DNA of 50,131 nucleotides from Candidatus Woesebacteria bacterium. Lineage in GTDB: Bacteria; Patescibacteriota; Microgenomatia; UBA10105; UBA927. Where the stretch lies: assembly GCA_044223895.1 (NCBI GenBank), contig JBGALL010000004.1, positions 1 through 50,131 on the forward strand. The letters run 5' to 3'. Positions 9,025 to 19,459 of the stretch are shown one piece after another (the first letter of the stretch is position 1; each line of letters starts with the position of its first letter). Position numbers and translations under genes: made by a program. The notes beneath the pieces were generated by a model that was given only the letters and a program-made list of their open reading frames with translations, had not been told where the DNA came from and searched no databases.

Positions 9025-9915
9025 TTAGGTTTTATTCTTTAATAACCACAATTTGAAATCCAATAGTAAAAAAATACTTTTAGTAATAATCGAGGGATAT
9101 TTGTTCAGATAGTGTTTTTTATAAAACAACTTCATCGTATCGTAGAAATAGTGGTCTGTTTTGCTTTTAATACTCTCATTCGTACTTGCTCTTCCACTTT
9201 GTTTTTTACGATGAAGCACTTCGCCAGTTGGAACAAAAACAATTCTGTAGTCGTGTTTTCTAATTCTGTAGGCTAAATCAATATCTTCTCCATACATGAA
9301 ATACTCTTCATCTAAGATTCCTACAGTATCCAGTGTATCTTTTCGTATTAAAAAAAATGCCCCACTGGGAACATCAATATCATGTATTTCAGAAAAATTC
9401 TTGTAGAGTTGATGGTATTCAGAAAATAGAGGTAGAAACGGAAAGATTTTCTCCAATCCCGAAAAATAAGTAAATGCTGCCCATGGACTAGGAAACCCTC
9501 GGTGACAGGCAGGATCTATCGTATCATCGGGAAGTATAAGTTTACAGGTAGCGGCACCGACTGTTGGTTCACTAAAAACCGCCATCGTAGATTGAATAGC
9601 ATCTCCTCGGATTTCTGTATCTGAGTTTAGTAGTAATATAAAATTGCCTCGTGCTTGGCGAATGCCTATGTTATTACCTCCTGAGAATCCATGATTCTCG
9701 TTTTCAAAAATAATTTTTAAAAATGGCTTAAATTGTTCTATGTTGAGCAATACTTTTAACTGTTTTTTTGATTCCTCGGTAGAATTATTATCAACAACTA
9801 TCACTTCCCACGAATCACTTTTTTTTCTTGCGGTATAGATTGAATTGAGACACGCTTTTAACAAGTCAGGAGTATTAAAATGAACAATAATTATTGTCAA
9901 ATCTACTTTTTCCAT
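9025..9915 (-). CDS. GT2 glycosyltransferase (WbbL/rhamnosyltransferase-like)
   Basis: VVDNNS, GFSGGNN, LLNSDT and FMYGEDIDL motifs. Start placed at MEKVDL. Confidence 0.92.
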   Translation of the reverse strand: MEKVDLTIIIVHFNTPDLLKACLNSIYTARKKSDSWEVIVVDNNSTEESKKQLKVLLNIEQFKPFLKIIFENENHGFSGGNNIGIRQARGNFILLLNSDTEIRGDAIQSTMAVFSEPTVGAATCKLILPDDTIDPACHRGFPSPWAAFTYFSGLEKIFPFLPLFSEYHQLYKNFSEIHDIDVPSGAFFLIRKDTLDTVGILDEEYFMYGEDIDLAYRIRKHDYRIVFVPTGEVLHRKKQSGRASTNESIKSKTDHYFYDTMKLFYKKHYLNKYPSIITKSIFLLLDFKLWLLKNKT

Positions 9916-11072
9916 ATAGTTGATAATTCTTTGGCGATAGATGTCCACGAATAATGTTTTTCTACTAAATCACGGGCATTGAGAACTACTTTTTTAGTAA
10001 TTTGTGAACTACGTATCATTGAGTCAATGATACCAACATAATCGTCTCCGGTTTCTCCAATATAACAATTTTCTTGATGAACAAGTGGCAGACCTTGCAC
10101 TCCTTTGGCATTGGTAATGACTGGTATTCCTGCAGCCATTGCCTCCAAAATTTTATATTTTGTTCCTCCACCTACCCGAATAGGCGCAACGACTATATCG
10201 GCCTTAGCAAACTGATCACGAATGTCATCAACCTGATGAATAAGTGTTACAGACGTAGATAATAACGATGAAAACTTTTTAGGAAAATCTTTCCCAACAA
10301 TATGCAATCGTGCTCCGGGGTATTTAGACGCAACAATAGGCCAAATATCTGAAAGTAAAAATTTTACTGCATCAATGTTTTGAATCCATCGGAAATTACC
10401 TACAAATAAACAAGTAAATTTCTCTGTAATCCGTTCCTTGGGACGAAATATAAAAAAATCTTGATCAATACCATTGGGAATAACTTCTACATTGTTTTTT
10501 TTAATTTTTCTCACTTCCGTTGCATCTTCATTAGACACAGTTATCACATAACTTGATTTATTCCAGATAATTTTTTCCCATTTTTTTAATTTCTGGACAT
10601 CTGCTTGCATCAACTGTTTTACAATAGGATATTGATATCTATCAACATATTCCTGATATACCGTGTGTTCGATATTATGTTCATTCACAATGATAGGAAT
10701 ATTCGTAGAAGGAAGACATGGCCACACATACCCAGGTTCAATATGTATACGATCGACATGATAATCTTCTAATCCCTTGGCGATCAGTTCACGCATAGCA
10801 GAGATATTGTATGAATTCATTAATAATGGATAGGAGTTAAATAGTGACTTGGAGACATAACGAGGTTGCCAAGCGTGCCCGCGCATAACAACTTGTATAT
10901 CCTTGCAGAAATTTAATTCTTTAAGATAGATTCGTTCTTCTTCGTTTCGGATAAAGGAATATAATAAAATTGTATGTTCTTTTGATAATCGTTTGAGAAG
11001 ATTATATACCCGAACCTGTCCTCCAGAAAATAAAGGATACGGGAGAATAGCCGAAACAAAAAGGATAGTCAT
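9903..11072 (-). CDS. GT4 glycosyltransferase
   Basis: PYPLFSGGQVR, EHNIE and GGTKYKILEAMAAGIPV motifs. Confidence 0.9.
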   Translation of the reverse strand: MTILFVSAILPYPLFSGGQVRVYNLLKRLSKEHTILLYSFIRNEEERIYLKELNFCKDIQVVMRGHAWQPRYVSKSLFNSYPLLMNSYNISAMRELIAKGLEDYHVDRIHIEPGYVWPCLPSTNIPIIVNEHNIEHTVYQEYVDRYQYPIVKQLMQADVQKLKKWEKIIWNKSSYVITVSNEDATEVRKIKKNNVEVIPNGIDQDFFIFRPKERITEKFTCLFVGNFRWIQNIDAVKFLLSDIWPIVASKYPGARLHIVGKDFPKKFSSLLSTSVTLIHQVDDIRDQFAKADIVVAPIRVGGGTKYKILEAMAAGIPVITNAKGVQGLPLVHQENCYIGETGDDYVGIIDSMIRSSQITKKVVLNARDLVEKHYSWTSIAKELSTIWKK

Positions 11073-11074
11073 GA

Positions 11075-12523
11075 TTATTCATTCTTTCTGGTGAGATCAA
11101 TAATGGCAAATCGTTCATTTCGCTCCAAAACTACATACCTACTAGCAAGATCTTTTGTTTCACCATCTGCATCTGTAGGAGAAACAGTGACGTAGTACTG
11201 TGCGCCTTGTTCAATTTTTTTCTCAATTTCAAATCCGATAGGCCAACCTTGTCTATTTGTTTGGTATAGGAAGGTAGTGTCACCATTATAGGGAGCAATA
11301 ACCTTAGCGTCTGGTGGCAAGATACGGTCTGCTTCTTTTCCAGCTTCTACAATTTCAGGATGGTTAATCCAGTAAAAGCCGCGTATTTCAAACCAAGAAA
11401 AAGCCAACATAAATCCAAGAATTACAATTCCGACAATTCTCGATGATACCTTTCCCCACTCTTTTGGCGGATGGATAAACCAATCTCCACCTAGTCCCAT
11501 ATAAAAAGCAATAATCGGTATTATGGGAATTTGGTAATAATCATGCTGAACATTTCCCCTCGCAACAATAACGAAATAGGCTAATCCACCAAGTAAGAAT
11601 AAAGAATAAAACAGACCTTCTCGGTGTTCTTTTTTCTTGAGTATCCCGAGAACTAGGACTACTACCCCCCAATATCCGAGGATTAGTTTACCAACTCGTT
11701 CAGCAAACAACCAGTGAAACCACGCACCTTTCAACCGGATATTTCCTTCATTCAACAACCACGTATAGACGGGAATACCTTCGGGATAGTGAGTGATCCA
11801 CTGACGCCAAAGTAATAGCGGGATTACTGCTATACAAGCAGATATCCCACTGATGACCATTCCCATCCAGGTAATTCCTAAGCTTGAAATGAATAGAAAT
11901 GGTAGAGGAAGCAACATAAAAACCGCAAATGGTTTAACGAGTAAGGCCAAAGATGCCCCTAAAGCAGATGCAAATAACAATAAAAACTTTTTTTGCCCCC
12001 TTAGATCCTGAGAAACTAAAGCTAAATATAGAGAAATCATCGACATACTCACCATGAAAGGTTCTGGAAGAATCGTTCTACCGTAATACACACTGTATGG
12101 AAGTATTGCTAGTACTAGTGCAGACCCCAGTCCTACAACGCTACTAGAAAGCTTTTTTGCAATCAGTCCAACTAACGCTATGGATAATACTGAAGCTGAG
12201 ATACTAACAAGTCGTAATGATTCCTCAATGGTGATTCCGGGAATTATTTTAAATACTGAATAAGATACTAATTGATATATTGGAAACTCAACCATCCTCC
12301 ACCCTTGGGGATTATCTTTTCCTGACTGAATATTTGACAGATCATCGTAACGAGGATGTAAAGGATCAACACCAAACTTGATAAAGTTTCTGGCAACGGC
12401 TGCTGTATCTACTTGTCTCCAGCTATGCCAATCACCGATTGGGTTATTTAGTTTATAGGTACGCAAGGCAAAGCCCAAAATACAAATGAACCCTAAAATT
12501 ATAGTAAAAGTTTTCTTTCTCAT
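11075..12523 (-). CDS. ArnT/PMT-like GT-C membrane glycosyltransferase
   Basis: About 11 TM segments. First loop WRQVDTAAVARNF; EFPIY, PEP, LVKP and HDYY motifs. Confidence 0.85.
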   Translation of the reverse strand: MRKKTFTIILGFICILGFALRTYKLNNPIGDWHSWRQVDTAAVARNFIKFGVDPLHPRYDDLSNIQSGKDNPQGWRMVEFPIYQLVSYSVFKIIPGITIEESLRLVSISASVLSIALVGLIAKKLSSSVVGLGSALVLAILPYSVYYGRTILPEPFMVSMSMISLYLALVSQDLRGQKKFLLLFASALGASLALLVKPFAVFMLLPLPFLFISSLGITWMGMVISGISACIAVIPLLLWRQWITHYPEGIPVYTWLLNEGNIRLKGAWFHWLFAERVGKLILGYWGVVVLVLGILKKKEHREGLFYSLFLLGGLAYFVIVARGNVQHDYYQIPIIPIIAFYMGLGGDWFIHPPKEWGKVSSRIVGIVILGFMLAFSWFEIRGFYWINHPEIVEAGKEADRILPPDAKVIAPYNGDTTFLYQTNRQGWPIGFEIEKKIEQGAQYYVTVSPTDADGETKDLASRYVVLERNERFAIIDLTRKNE

Positions 12524-12894
12524 TGATTAAAAAAATTCTGTTCAGCTTTTCTATCAATTAATTTATAGGCAGTTTTCATCTCTTCAGGAGTGTAAATATA
12601 CAAAATAGTAAATTTTCCTGAGGTAACCTTTTGAAGGGTATCATAGGTAATCTCTACGATATGAACTAATCCCCAATACAACCATTTTCCGTCTATATTT
12701 TCTACTAAGAAATTTCTTACAGGTGGTAATTTGTACATTCGTATATCTTTTTTATTTTTAAAGGAAAATATTTTTCCTGCAAATTGTTCAGCTGTAAATG
12801 GCTTCAAAAGATGGGTTTCATATACCAATTCTGCTGGAAATCCTTGTTCTTTAGTAATTTGCAAAGTATCGTTTATTTCTATAAAACTTCCCAT
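12520..12894 (-). CDS. Hypothetical soluble protein
   Basis: 124-aa ORF coupled to the next gene by an ATGA overlap. Function not recognised. Confidence 0.75.
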   Translation of the reverse strand: MGSFIEINDTLQITKEQGFPAELVYETHLLKPFTAEQFAGKIFSFKNKKDIRMYKLPPVRNFLVENIDGKWLYWGLVHIVEITYDTLQKVTSGKFTILYIYTPEEMKTAYKLIDRKAEQNFFNQ

Positions 12895-12905
12895 ATATCT
12901 TTATA

Positions 12906-15887
12906 TCAATTTTTTTGTTCTTCTTTTACCACCTGTTGCAAATTGTAATTCTGATCAAATTCAAAAATTATTTTGGCTGAATCCTTCTTTTGTGGATAGG
13001 CAAAAGCGGCATCGTCTGATGATAGTTGAACAACATCAAAGGGACTTTGCCGATACATGTGCCATAAGGCATCATTTAATCCCGTAGGGAAAATCCAGGC
13101 CCTTCCGTACCGAGTCGGTGTGTTTACATAAATAAACGTTTTGTGCTCTGTTAGTGGAAAGAAATTTTTCTTCATGATTTGTAAGGTTGTTTCCGTAACA
13201 TGAGATGCAAACTTCCATTCTTTTCCTAAGCGCTTCAATTCCGAATAATTCCATAGACTCAACAGTACAATAATCACCACAATACTGGACTTGATAATCA
13301 CTGAAGAGAATTTTTTCCATACTTGATCTAGTAATATTCCAGTAAACAGGATAAAAAATCCTGATGCATATAATGAATAGCGTTCAGCTATTCCACCGAG
13401 ACCTAGATACATAATAAGAGACAAAATGTAGCAACAGAATAATACAACTAATAATTGTTGTCTGAATAATTTTTTTCTATTACTGTAGATAAACCCAATT
13501 ACACCAAGAGACGCCAGTCCGCCAAAAATAGTAAATAAGCCGATTTGTGATCTGAATTGTTCTCTAAGTACAGTCAGAACTTCTATAGCTTTCGGTCCCA
13601 CGATAATGGAAAGTGTATACCCAAGACTATTTGCAACCACATTAGGAATTAGATGAGCAAGATTATAACCATAATCTCCTGATGGAGGGACCGCACCTGA
13701 AAAAGATCGTAATAATAGATAGACTGGGATTAATAACAGAAAGGGTAATGACTCATTCCATTTTTTATAAATAACTCCACCAAACAGGATCAACATAAAT
13801 GGCGCCACCACCATAATGTCATAAGAGAACAAGGAGATTACTAGTAACAACGCACCTATAAGATACCAAAATCGACGCGTTAACTTCCCACTCCAATAGG
13901 ATATAAAAATATATATCGAACCCAGAAGGCTGGTATAACCCAAAAGGTGACTATGATTTGATATCCAATATAAAGACTCATGATGAATTGACATGGTTAA
14001 ATAGAAACAGATGAGTAAGAAAATAATCATTTTATTTACTCTAAAATGACCGAGGATCGATATCAGTAACAAAGCAGATAATCCAAACAACCCAATTGAA
14101 GCGACATGATAGGCCTGAGGAATTAACCAAAAGACAGTAAATAATGCAAAATACCACAATTTTGGAATCGGTCTATAAAAGAATCCTGCGGCCGACGTAA
14201 AAAATCCTGGAATACTAGAAATTTTACTCTCTGCTGCCCACCGCAACCAAGTAAAATCATCACCGATAAAATAATGTGAGATGGAATCTCCATAAATCAT
14301 GAAAACGGCGATAAATAGGTAAATGACAAAGGCTTTTTTATTAACAAAAAATCTACGTAATACATCTGCATAAGATTCCCCCAACGGGTAGTTGCTAAGA
14401 ATAGCCATGGCAAATCCTATCAACAACCATAAGGTAAAAGCTACTTTGGAAGCTTGGAAAACATCGATAAGGATAGCATTAAAAAGCAAACCTACTACTC
14501 CAGCAAATACGCCAATAATGAATGCCTTTTCTAATCCCTTCATCTCATGTTTCTTTTTAAAGAACCAATAAAAACAAAAGATAAAAATTCCCAAAAAGCT
14601 TACCGCCCCTAATAATCCCGTCTCACCAAGTAGTCGATGATAATTCCCATCAGTAGCTAACGATATCGATGAAAATCCACTTCCCAACAAAACATTTCGC
14701 TTAAATGCCTCGATGGCATGCGGCCACTCTCCCTGAAACCGAGTAGTAATTGAAATGTCTAATACAAAGGCCTTCTGAACCAGAAAACTTCCTGATACAG
14801 TCGCCACATCTCCTGATCCTGAAGCCAAATTCTTTTTCTTTACCAATTCAACAGTTTTTATAGTTCCTGAGGTTGTACCAGATATTGGAGCATTTATATA
14901 GCCACTTCCTTTGGGAAGATTTTCTTGATCTGGGGAAGCTATTGGCTGAAGTACAGCATTGCCACCTTCTAACTTTTCCAACGTACCTATCGGCTTCCCT
15001 GTTGATAAATCTACAATAACATCGTCGTATCTAAAGGTTTTAAGAAAACGTTCAGATGCTCCACTTACAAAATTAACAGCAATAATACTGACAATAACTA
15101 CGGGGATTATCAGCCATCTTTTTTTCTGCCACCACAACATAGCACTCATGGTAATCAGATACACGCCAAATGAAATACGGGAAGCAGTAAATAACAATAA
15201 TACAAATGCGCAGACTGTAGTAGCTAATAGTAGCAACTGATAGAACTTGTTCTTCACCACAAAAATCATGCTTCCTAAAATAGGGATAACTAATACCAAA
15301 TAGGCTGCCAAATCATAGTGACCAGCAAAGGTAGACATAACACGAGCTGTCGGAGGTAATTTCAAAGGTATTCCTTTTGCAAACTCTTCATTCATGGTTG
15401 AAAAAGCCGGCCATCCTTTATATTTTTGACCGACGCCATAGATAAATACAGAAAAGACAGTTAGGGCCAAAAAAGTTATCAAGATAGGAAGTTGTTTGTC
15501 TGTTTTACGAAGAGCCCAAAATCCTAGGAAAAACATTCCCATGTATTCTATTCCCCTCAAATAATACAATGTGGCAACTTTTGGGAAAAACCCAGGAAGG
15601 TATGGACCGATAAAAATTAATGAATTAATGAGCGCTAATAGTCCAACAATCCAATAGAGGGTTATTGGTAACGTTAGTGGAGTCTTAAAGATATTCCTTT
15701 TGCGCAAGAATTGAAAACCTAAGATTGCATAGGTTATCGATACCAAAAAATCTTCAAGTCGAACATCCACCCAGGTCCCTACAACGTCAAGCAACGGACG
15801 CTTGGGAAACAGTGGAATAAATACGACAAAGAAAACTCCAAGGAGAAATAAAAAGTTTTCACGACAAAACTGCCAGAGCTTTTGCAT
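12906..15887 (-). CDS. O-antigen-ligase-like (Wzy_C) domain fused to a GT-C glycosyltransferase domain
   Basis: N-half: RVMSTFAG, FTASRISF, GSGF, LGETGLLG. C-half: FIGDDFTWL and FFYRPI, followed by about 10 TM segments. Confidence 0.78.
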   Translation of the reverse strand: MQKLWQFCRENFLFLLGVFFVVFIPLFPKRPLLDVVGTWVDVRLEDFLVSITYAILGFQFLRKRNIFKTPLTLPITLYWIVGLLALINSLIFIGPYLPGFFPKVATLYYLRGIEYMGMFFLGFWALRKTDKQLPILITFLALTVFSVFIYGVGQKYKGWPAFSTMNEEFAKGIPLKLPPTARVMSTFAGHYDLAAYLVLVIPILGSMIFVVKNKFYQLLLLATTVCAFVLLLFTASRISFGVYLITMSAMLWWQKKRWLIIPVVIVSIIAVNFVSGASERFLKTFRYDDVIVDLSTGKPIGTLEKLEGGNAVLQPIASPDQENLPKGSGYINAPISGTTSGTIKTVELVKKKNLASGSGDVATVSGSFLVQKAFVLDISITTRFQGEWPHAIEAFKRNVLLGSGFSSISLATDGNYHRLLGETGLLGAVSFLGIFIFCFYWFFKKKHEMKGLEKAFIIGVFAGVVGLLFNAILIDVFQASKVAFTLWLLIGFAMAILSNYPLGESYADVLRRFFVNKKAFVIYLFIAVFMIYGDSISHYFIGDDFTWLRWAAESKISSIPGFFTSAAGFFYRPIPKLWYFALFTVFWLIPQAYHVASIGLFGLSALLLISILGHFRVNKMIIFLLICFYLTMSIHHESLYWISNHSHLLGYTSLLGSIYIFISYWSGKLTRRFWYLIGALLLVISLFSYDIMVVAPFMLILFGGVIYKKWNESLPFLLLIPVYLLLRSFSGAVPPSGDYGYNLAHLIPNVVANSLGYTLSIIVGPKAIEVLTVLREQFRSQIGLFTIFGGLASLGVIGFIYSNRKKLFRQQLLVVLFCCYILSLIMYLGLGGIAERYSLYASGFFILFTGILLDQVWKKFSSVIIKSSIVVIIVLLSLWNYSELKRLGKEWKFASHVTETTLQIMKKNFFPLTEHKTFIYVNTPTRYGRAWIFPTGLNDALWHMYRQSPFDVVQLSSDDAAFAYPQKKDSAKIIFEFDQNYNLQQVVKEEQKN

Positions 15888-16728
15888 ACAAATCTTTTAT
15901 GTCACTCTTCCCTATTATCCCACAAATCCCTATAACAAACCAAGCTTTTACCCGTAAAAGCATTCGTAAGATTGATCTTTTTGAGGCTGAATAGTGATGT
16001 GCATAGAAATAATCTAGACCTCGATATATTTGTACTACAGGTTCACGTTTATTTCCAGAACTTGCCGCACCAGTGTGAATAAATTCCGCATGAGGACAAA
16101 ACCAAACACTGTAGCCTTTTTGCTTGGCTCGAAACAAAAGATCAATCTCTTCCATATACATAAAGATAGACTCATCGAATAATCCTATATCAAGGAATGC
16201 ACTTTTTGCCCCCATGAGACAGGCACCTGAAACCCAATCAACTTCTCGCTCCTGATCGGGCGAATAGCGGGTAATATGTAACTGATCACCTTTAAAAAAC
16301 AGCATGAATAGTATGACAGACAAGTCATAAAACGGCCCCGCTGACTGCTGAGGAGATCCATCTTCGTTAAACAATTTACCACCTATAAAGGATACCTTCC
16401 CATGACTTTTAGAACATTCCCATAAATGTTCAATCCCTTTCTCTTTTACAACACAATCAGAGTTTAACAAGAGAATGTGTTCTCCTTTAGCTCTTTTTAT
16501 CGCCATATTATTAGCTTTACCATACCCCACATTTTGCTTATTTTTTATGATTATTACTTCGGGATATTTTTTTTCTACCATGATTAGAGACCCATCTGTC
16601 GAATTATTATCGACAACAATAACCTCAATCTGTAACGACTTATTCTTGATTGGGGAAGATAATGAGGCCAGACATCTATCAAGAAGCTCCTTGGTATTGT
16701 AACTCGGGATAATAATAGAAAGATCCAT
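15859..16728 (-). CDS. GT2 glycosyltransferase (WbbL-like)
   Basis: SIIIPSYN, VVDNNSTDG, LLNSD, VDWVSGAC and FMYMEEID motifs. Confidence 0.93.
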   Translation of the reverse strand: MDLSIIIPSYNTKELLDRCLASLSSPIKNKSLQIEVIVVDNNSTDGSLIMVEKKYPEVIIIKNKQNVGYGKANNMAIKRAKGEHILLLNSDCVVKEKGIEHLWECSKSHGKVSFIGGKLFNEDGSPQQSAGPFYDLSVILFMLFFKGDQLHITRYSPDQEREVDWVSGACLMGAKSAFLDIGLFDESIFMYMEEIDLLFRAKQKGYSVWFCPHAEFIHTGAASSGNKREPVVQIYRGLDYFYAHHYSASKRSILRMLLRVKAWFVIGICGIIGKSDIKDLYAKALAVLS

Positions 16729-16738
16729 AGATTCAGAA

Positions 16739-17155
16739 TTACGGTAAAGGAATATCAGAAATTAATAATGGTGATTTATCTTCTGGGTTACCAAAATTGT
16801 AATTTACTAATATTTCTTCATCTTTATGTATAGTTTGTAAAGCTGTGTATTCGATACTTTTTTCTGGGATATTTTTCACATACGTAGCATTCGCCTTGTC
16901 ATAGGAATGATTATACAATGATGAATACCCTAAACCTATAGCTAAGAGCTCTCGATTCTTCCCCCAAGTAAAATAATAGTTTCGTAAGAGAGTCTTTTGT
17001 ATAGAGGGGATATCTATTGATGGGAGTTCAATAACCGGAGCTATTTCAAAAATTTCTCCCTTTGCTAGCTCTTTGTTTGCAAAGACACCTCGACCAGCTT
17101 TAGGAATATTTGATTGAGCAAGATAAATTTTTTCTGAAGGAAATTGAAAACGCAT
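16739..17155 (-). CDS. SET-domain protein-lysine methyltransferase family protein
   Basis: AGRGVFA, LYNHS and EEILVNY SET motifs. Start placed at MRFQFP. Confidence 0.9.
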   Translation of the reverse strand: MRFQFPSEKIYLAQSNIPKAGRGVFANKELAKGEIFEIAPVIELPSIDIPSIQKTLLRNYYFTWGKNRELLAIGLGYSSLYNHSYDKANATYVKNIPEKSIEYTALQTIHKDEEILVNYNFGNPEDKSPLLISDIPLP

Positions 17156-17156
17156 G

Positions 17157-17756
17157 TTATTGAAACAACCTTGCAAATTTAAGGGTGTATCGAAGATCCT
17201 GAGAACGCTTTTTTATCTCTTTGGCAGGGACACCACCCACGACCGAGTAGGGCTCAACATCTTTGGTAACGACTGCACCAGAAGCAATTACTGCTCCTTT
17301 ACCTATATGTACTCCTGGAAGGATTGTTACCCGTGTACCAATGACCACATAGTCATCTATGACAACAGGTGCTCCCACTTCTTCAAAATTTGGACTATCA
17401 ATATCGTGTTCCATGGTATATATACGAACTTCTCCCGCTATAGAAACATTATTGCCTATTCGTAGTGGTTTATTTTTTGGATTCAGAAAATCATTGATAT
17501 ATCGTGAAATTTTTCCTTCTCCATTATTCCATTTTCTTTTAAATCTTCCGTCCAGAAATGCGTCATTACCAATGATGGTGTTACTACCTATTTCTATACC
17601 ACTCGGCAGATTAAATTCAGCACGCCAATGAATAGAAGAATCGTTTCCGATTTTCATTCTAAAGAAGTACCGATATAAAAATAAGCGGATTGTGTGACTA
17701 GGAATATAGCCAGCTATAGTTGCCAAATATACCCAGAAATCGATAAAAATTCTCAT
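17157..17756 (-). CDS. Hexapeptide-repeat (LbH) sugar O-acetyltransferase
   Basis: [16 protein letters not shown] and [23 protein letters not shown]...GVPAK motifs. Start placed at MRIFID. Confidence 0.92.
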   Translation of the reverse strand: MRIFIDFWVYLATIAGYIPSHTIRLFLYRYFFRMKIGNDSSIHWRAEFNLPSGIEIGSNTIIGNDAFLDGRFKRKWNNGEGKISRYINDFLNPKNKPLRIGNNVSIAGEVRIYTMEHDIDSPNFEEVGAPVVIDDYVVIGTRVTILPGVHIGKGAVIASGAVVTKDVEPYSVVGGVPAKEIKKRSQDLRYTLKFARLFQ

Positions 17757-17757
17757 A

Positions 17758-18879
17758 TTATAATTCTCCACTGCCAACTTTTTCTAAAATATCTAGTGTT
17801 TGTTCAGCTGCTTTTTCCCAAGAGAATAGTTTTATTCTATCTTTCCCAATGGCAATTCTCTTGTTAGCACTCGTATCCTTTTTTTCTTGTAATGCTTGGG
17901 TTAGTCCTTTTACTATACTATCTAGCTTTTCAGGATCAACATAAATACCTGCATCCCCTGCTATTTCAGGTAAACTAGACACATTACTCGTTACTACCAA
18001 ACATTGATTTGCCATAGCTTCCAATACTGGCAGACCAAAGCCTTCATATAAACTAACTAAGGCAAAACATTCGGCATTCGAATATAACCCAGGCAAATCT
18101 TCATCCGGTACAAAGTCCAAGAATTTAACATAGTCATTTACTCCATACTTTTGTGGTGCTTCGATAATTGATTCATACAGCCAGCCTTTCTTTCCCACAA
18201 TTACTAACTCAAGATCTTTATACTGATTTGTCTTTTTTAATTCTGAAAATGCTTGTATCAATTTTTCATAATTTTTGCGAGGTTGAATAGTTCCTACAGA
18301 CAAGATGTACGGATTTGGTAGATTTAAAGATGTCTTAGTAGTCTGATCTTGTTTCTTCATAATCAATCCTGGATAGGTAACGATTACCCTCTTAGGGTCA
18401 ATCTGATACTGTTTTATTATAGCATTCCGACTAAATTCACTAATTGTAAAAATTGCTCGAGAATGTCTCACAGAATATTCAGTCCATTGTACCAATTGAT
18501 ACAAATCTTTTTTACGAAATAAATCAGGATAGGTTAGAAATGATAAATCCATAATCGACATAACTCGTGGAATGGGCACAAAACGTGGAATATAATGCGT
18601 CGGTGAAAAGATAACATCTGGACGGGGAATCTGCGTCATTATTCCAAACGGTAGAGCACCAAAGGTCCATAATTTTTTTGGTTTTCGTAGGGCATATCGC
18701 CAATGAGGCGATTGCGGTGGCATATCCACTAACGGGTTTTCTGGAAGATACAGGGTAGCAGACAGATTTTTTGATTTTAGAAGCAGTAGATGAAGATGTC
18801 GGACTATCTGATAGGCATATTCACCTATGCCCACTCTGTGCAATTGATTCGCTTCATATCCATCTATAGCTATATTCAT
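17758..18879 (-). CDS. GT4 glycosyltransferase
   Basis: [14 protein letters not shown] and [15 protein letters not shown] motifs. Confidence 0.94.
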   Translation of the reverse strand: MNIAIDGYEANQLHRVGIGEYAYQIVRHLHLLLLKSKNLSATLYLPENPLVDMPPQSPHWRYALRKPKKLWTFGALPFGIMTQIPRPDVIFSPTHYIPRFVPIPRVMSIMDLSFLTYPDLFRKKDLYQLVQWTEYSVRHSRAIFTISEFSRNAIIKQYQIDPKRVIVTYPGLIMKKQDQTTKTSLNLPNPYILSVGTIQPRKNYEKLIQAFSELKKTNQYKDLELVIVGKKGWLYESIIEAPQKYGVNDYVKFLDFVPDEDLPGLYSNAECFALVSLYEGFGLPVLEAMANQCLVVTSNVSSLPEIAGDAGIYVDPEKLDSIVKGLTQALQEKKDTSANKRIAIGKDRIKLFSWEKAAEQTLDILEKVGSGEL

Positions 18880-18884
18880 AAGTA

Positions 18885-19439
18885 TTAAATTATTTTATAT
18901 CCCGGATAAATGACCATCATCTTTTCTAAGGGTATCTGAAGAAGTGCGTGCACATCATTTTTAGTGGTTTGTGAATCACATAAAAAATATGAACACTCTT
19001 TTTTTGATTGAACTAATTTCCTTTTATGGACAGTAACAATTTTTTCTGGAAAGCTTTCTGGAAATTTAAAAATAGTTAGGTCATGAATAGTGGTAATACC
19101 TTTAGCCTTATTTAACGGAGGCTGAGTCCAATCGCTACTCCAAAATACATCAACTGGTCCAATAAACCATTCAATCGGGGCTATATGCAACCTATTCCAC
19201 AATAGATCCAATATGGAAGGTGGAAATGGAAAGACTTTTAAGGTGATTTTATGTTTCACTGAAGATGAAAGGTTGTTATAAAAGTCTACAAAGACGTTTC
19301 GTTGTCTGAGTGAAGAGCCAAAGAGGATATAAGAGTTATTATCGTTCTGACTTATTATTTTGCTAACTATTTCCTCAACATATCTCCCTACGCCGGTCCC
19401 TTTATACACTATCTGACTGATATCAATGCCAATGATCAT
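18885..19439 (-). CDS. Stand-alone GT4 N-terminal (acceptor-binding) domain
   Basis: IGIDIS, TGVGRY, TIHDL and DSQTTKND motifs. It ends at VIYPG, the interdomain linker, and has no EX7E donor domain. Confidence 0.8.
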   Translation of the reverse strand: MIIGIDISQIVYKGTGVGRYVEEIVSKIISQNDNNSYILFGSSLRQRNVFVDFYNNLSSSVKHKITLKVFPFPPSILDLLWNRLHIAPIEWFIGPVDVFWSSDWTQPPLNKAKGITTIHDLTIFKFPESFPEKIVTVHKRKLVQSKKECSYFLCDSQTTKNDVHALLQIPLEKMMVIYPGYKII

Positions 19440-19459
19440 AAAGACATTCTACCTGGAAT

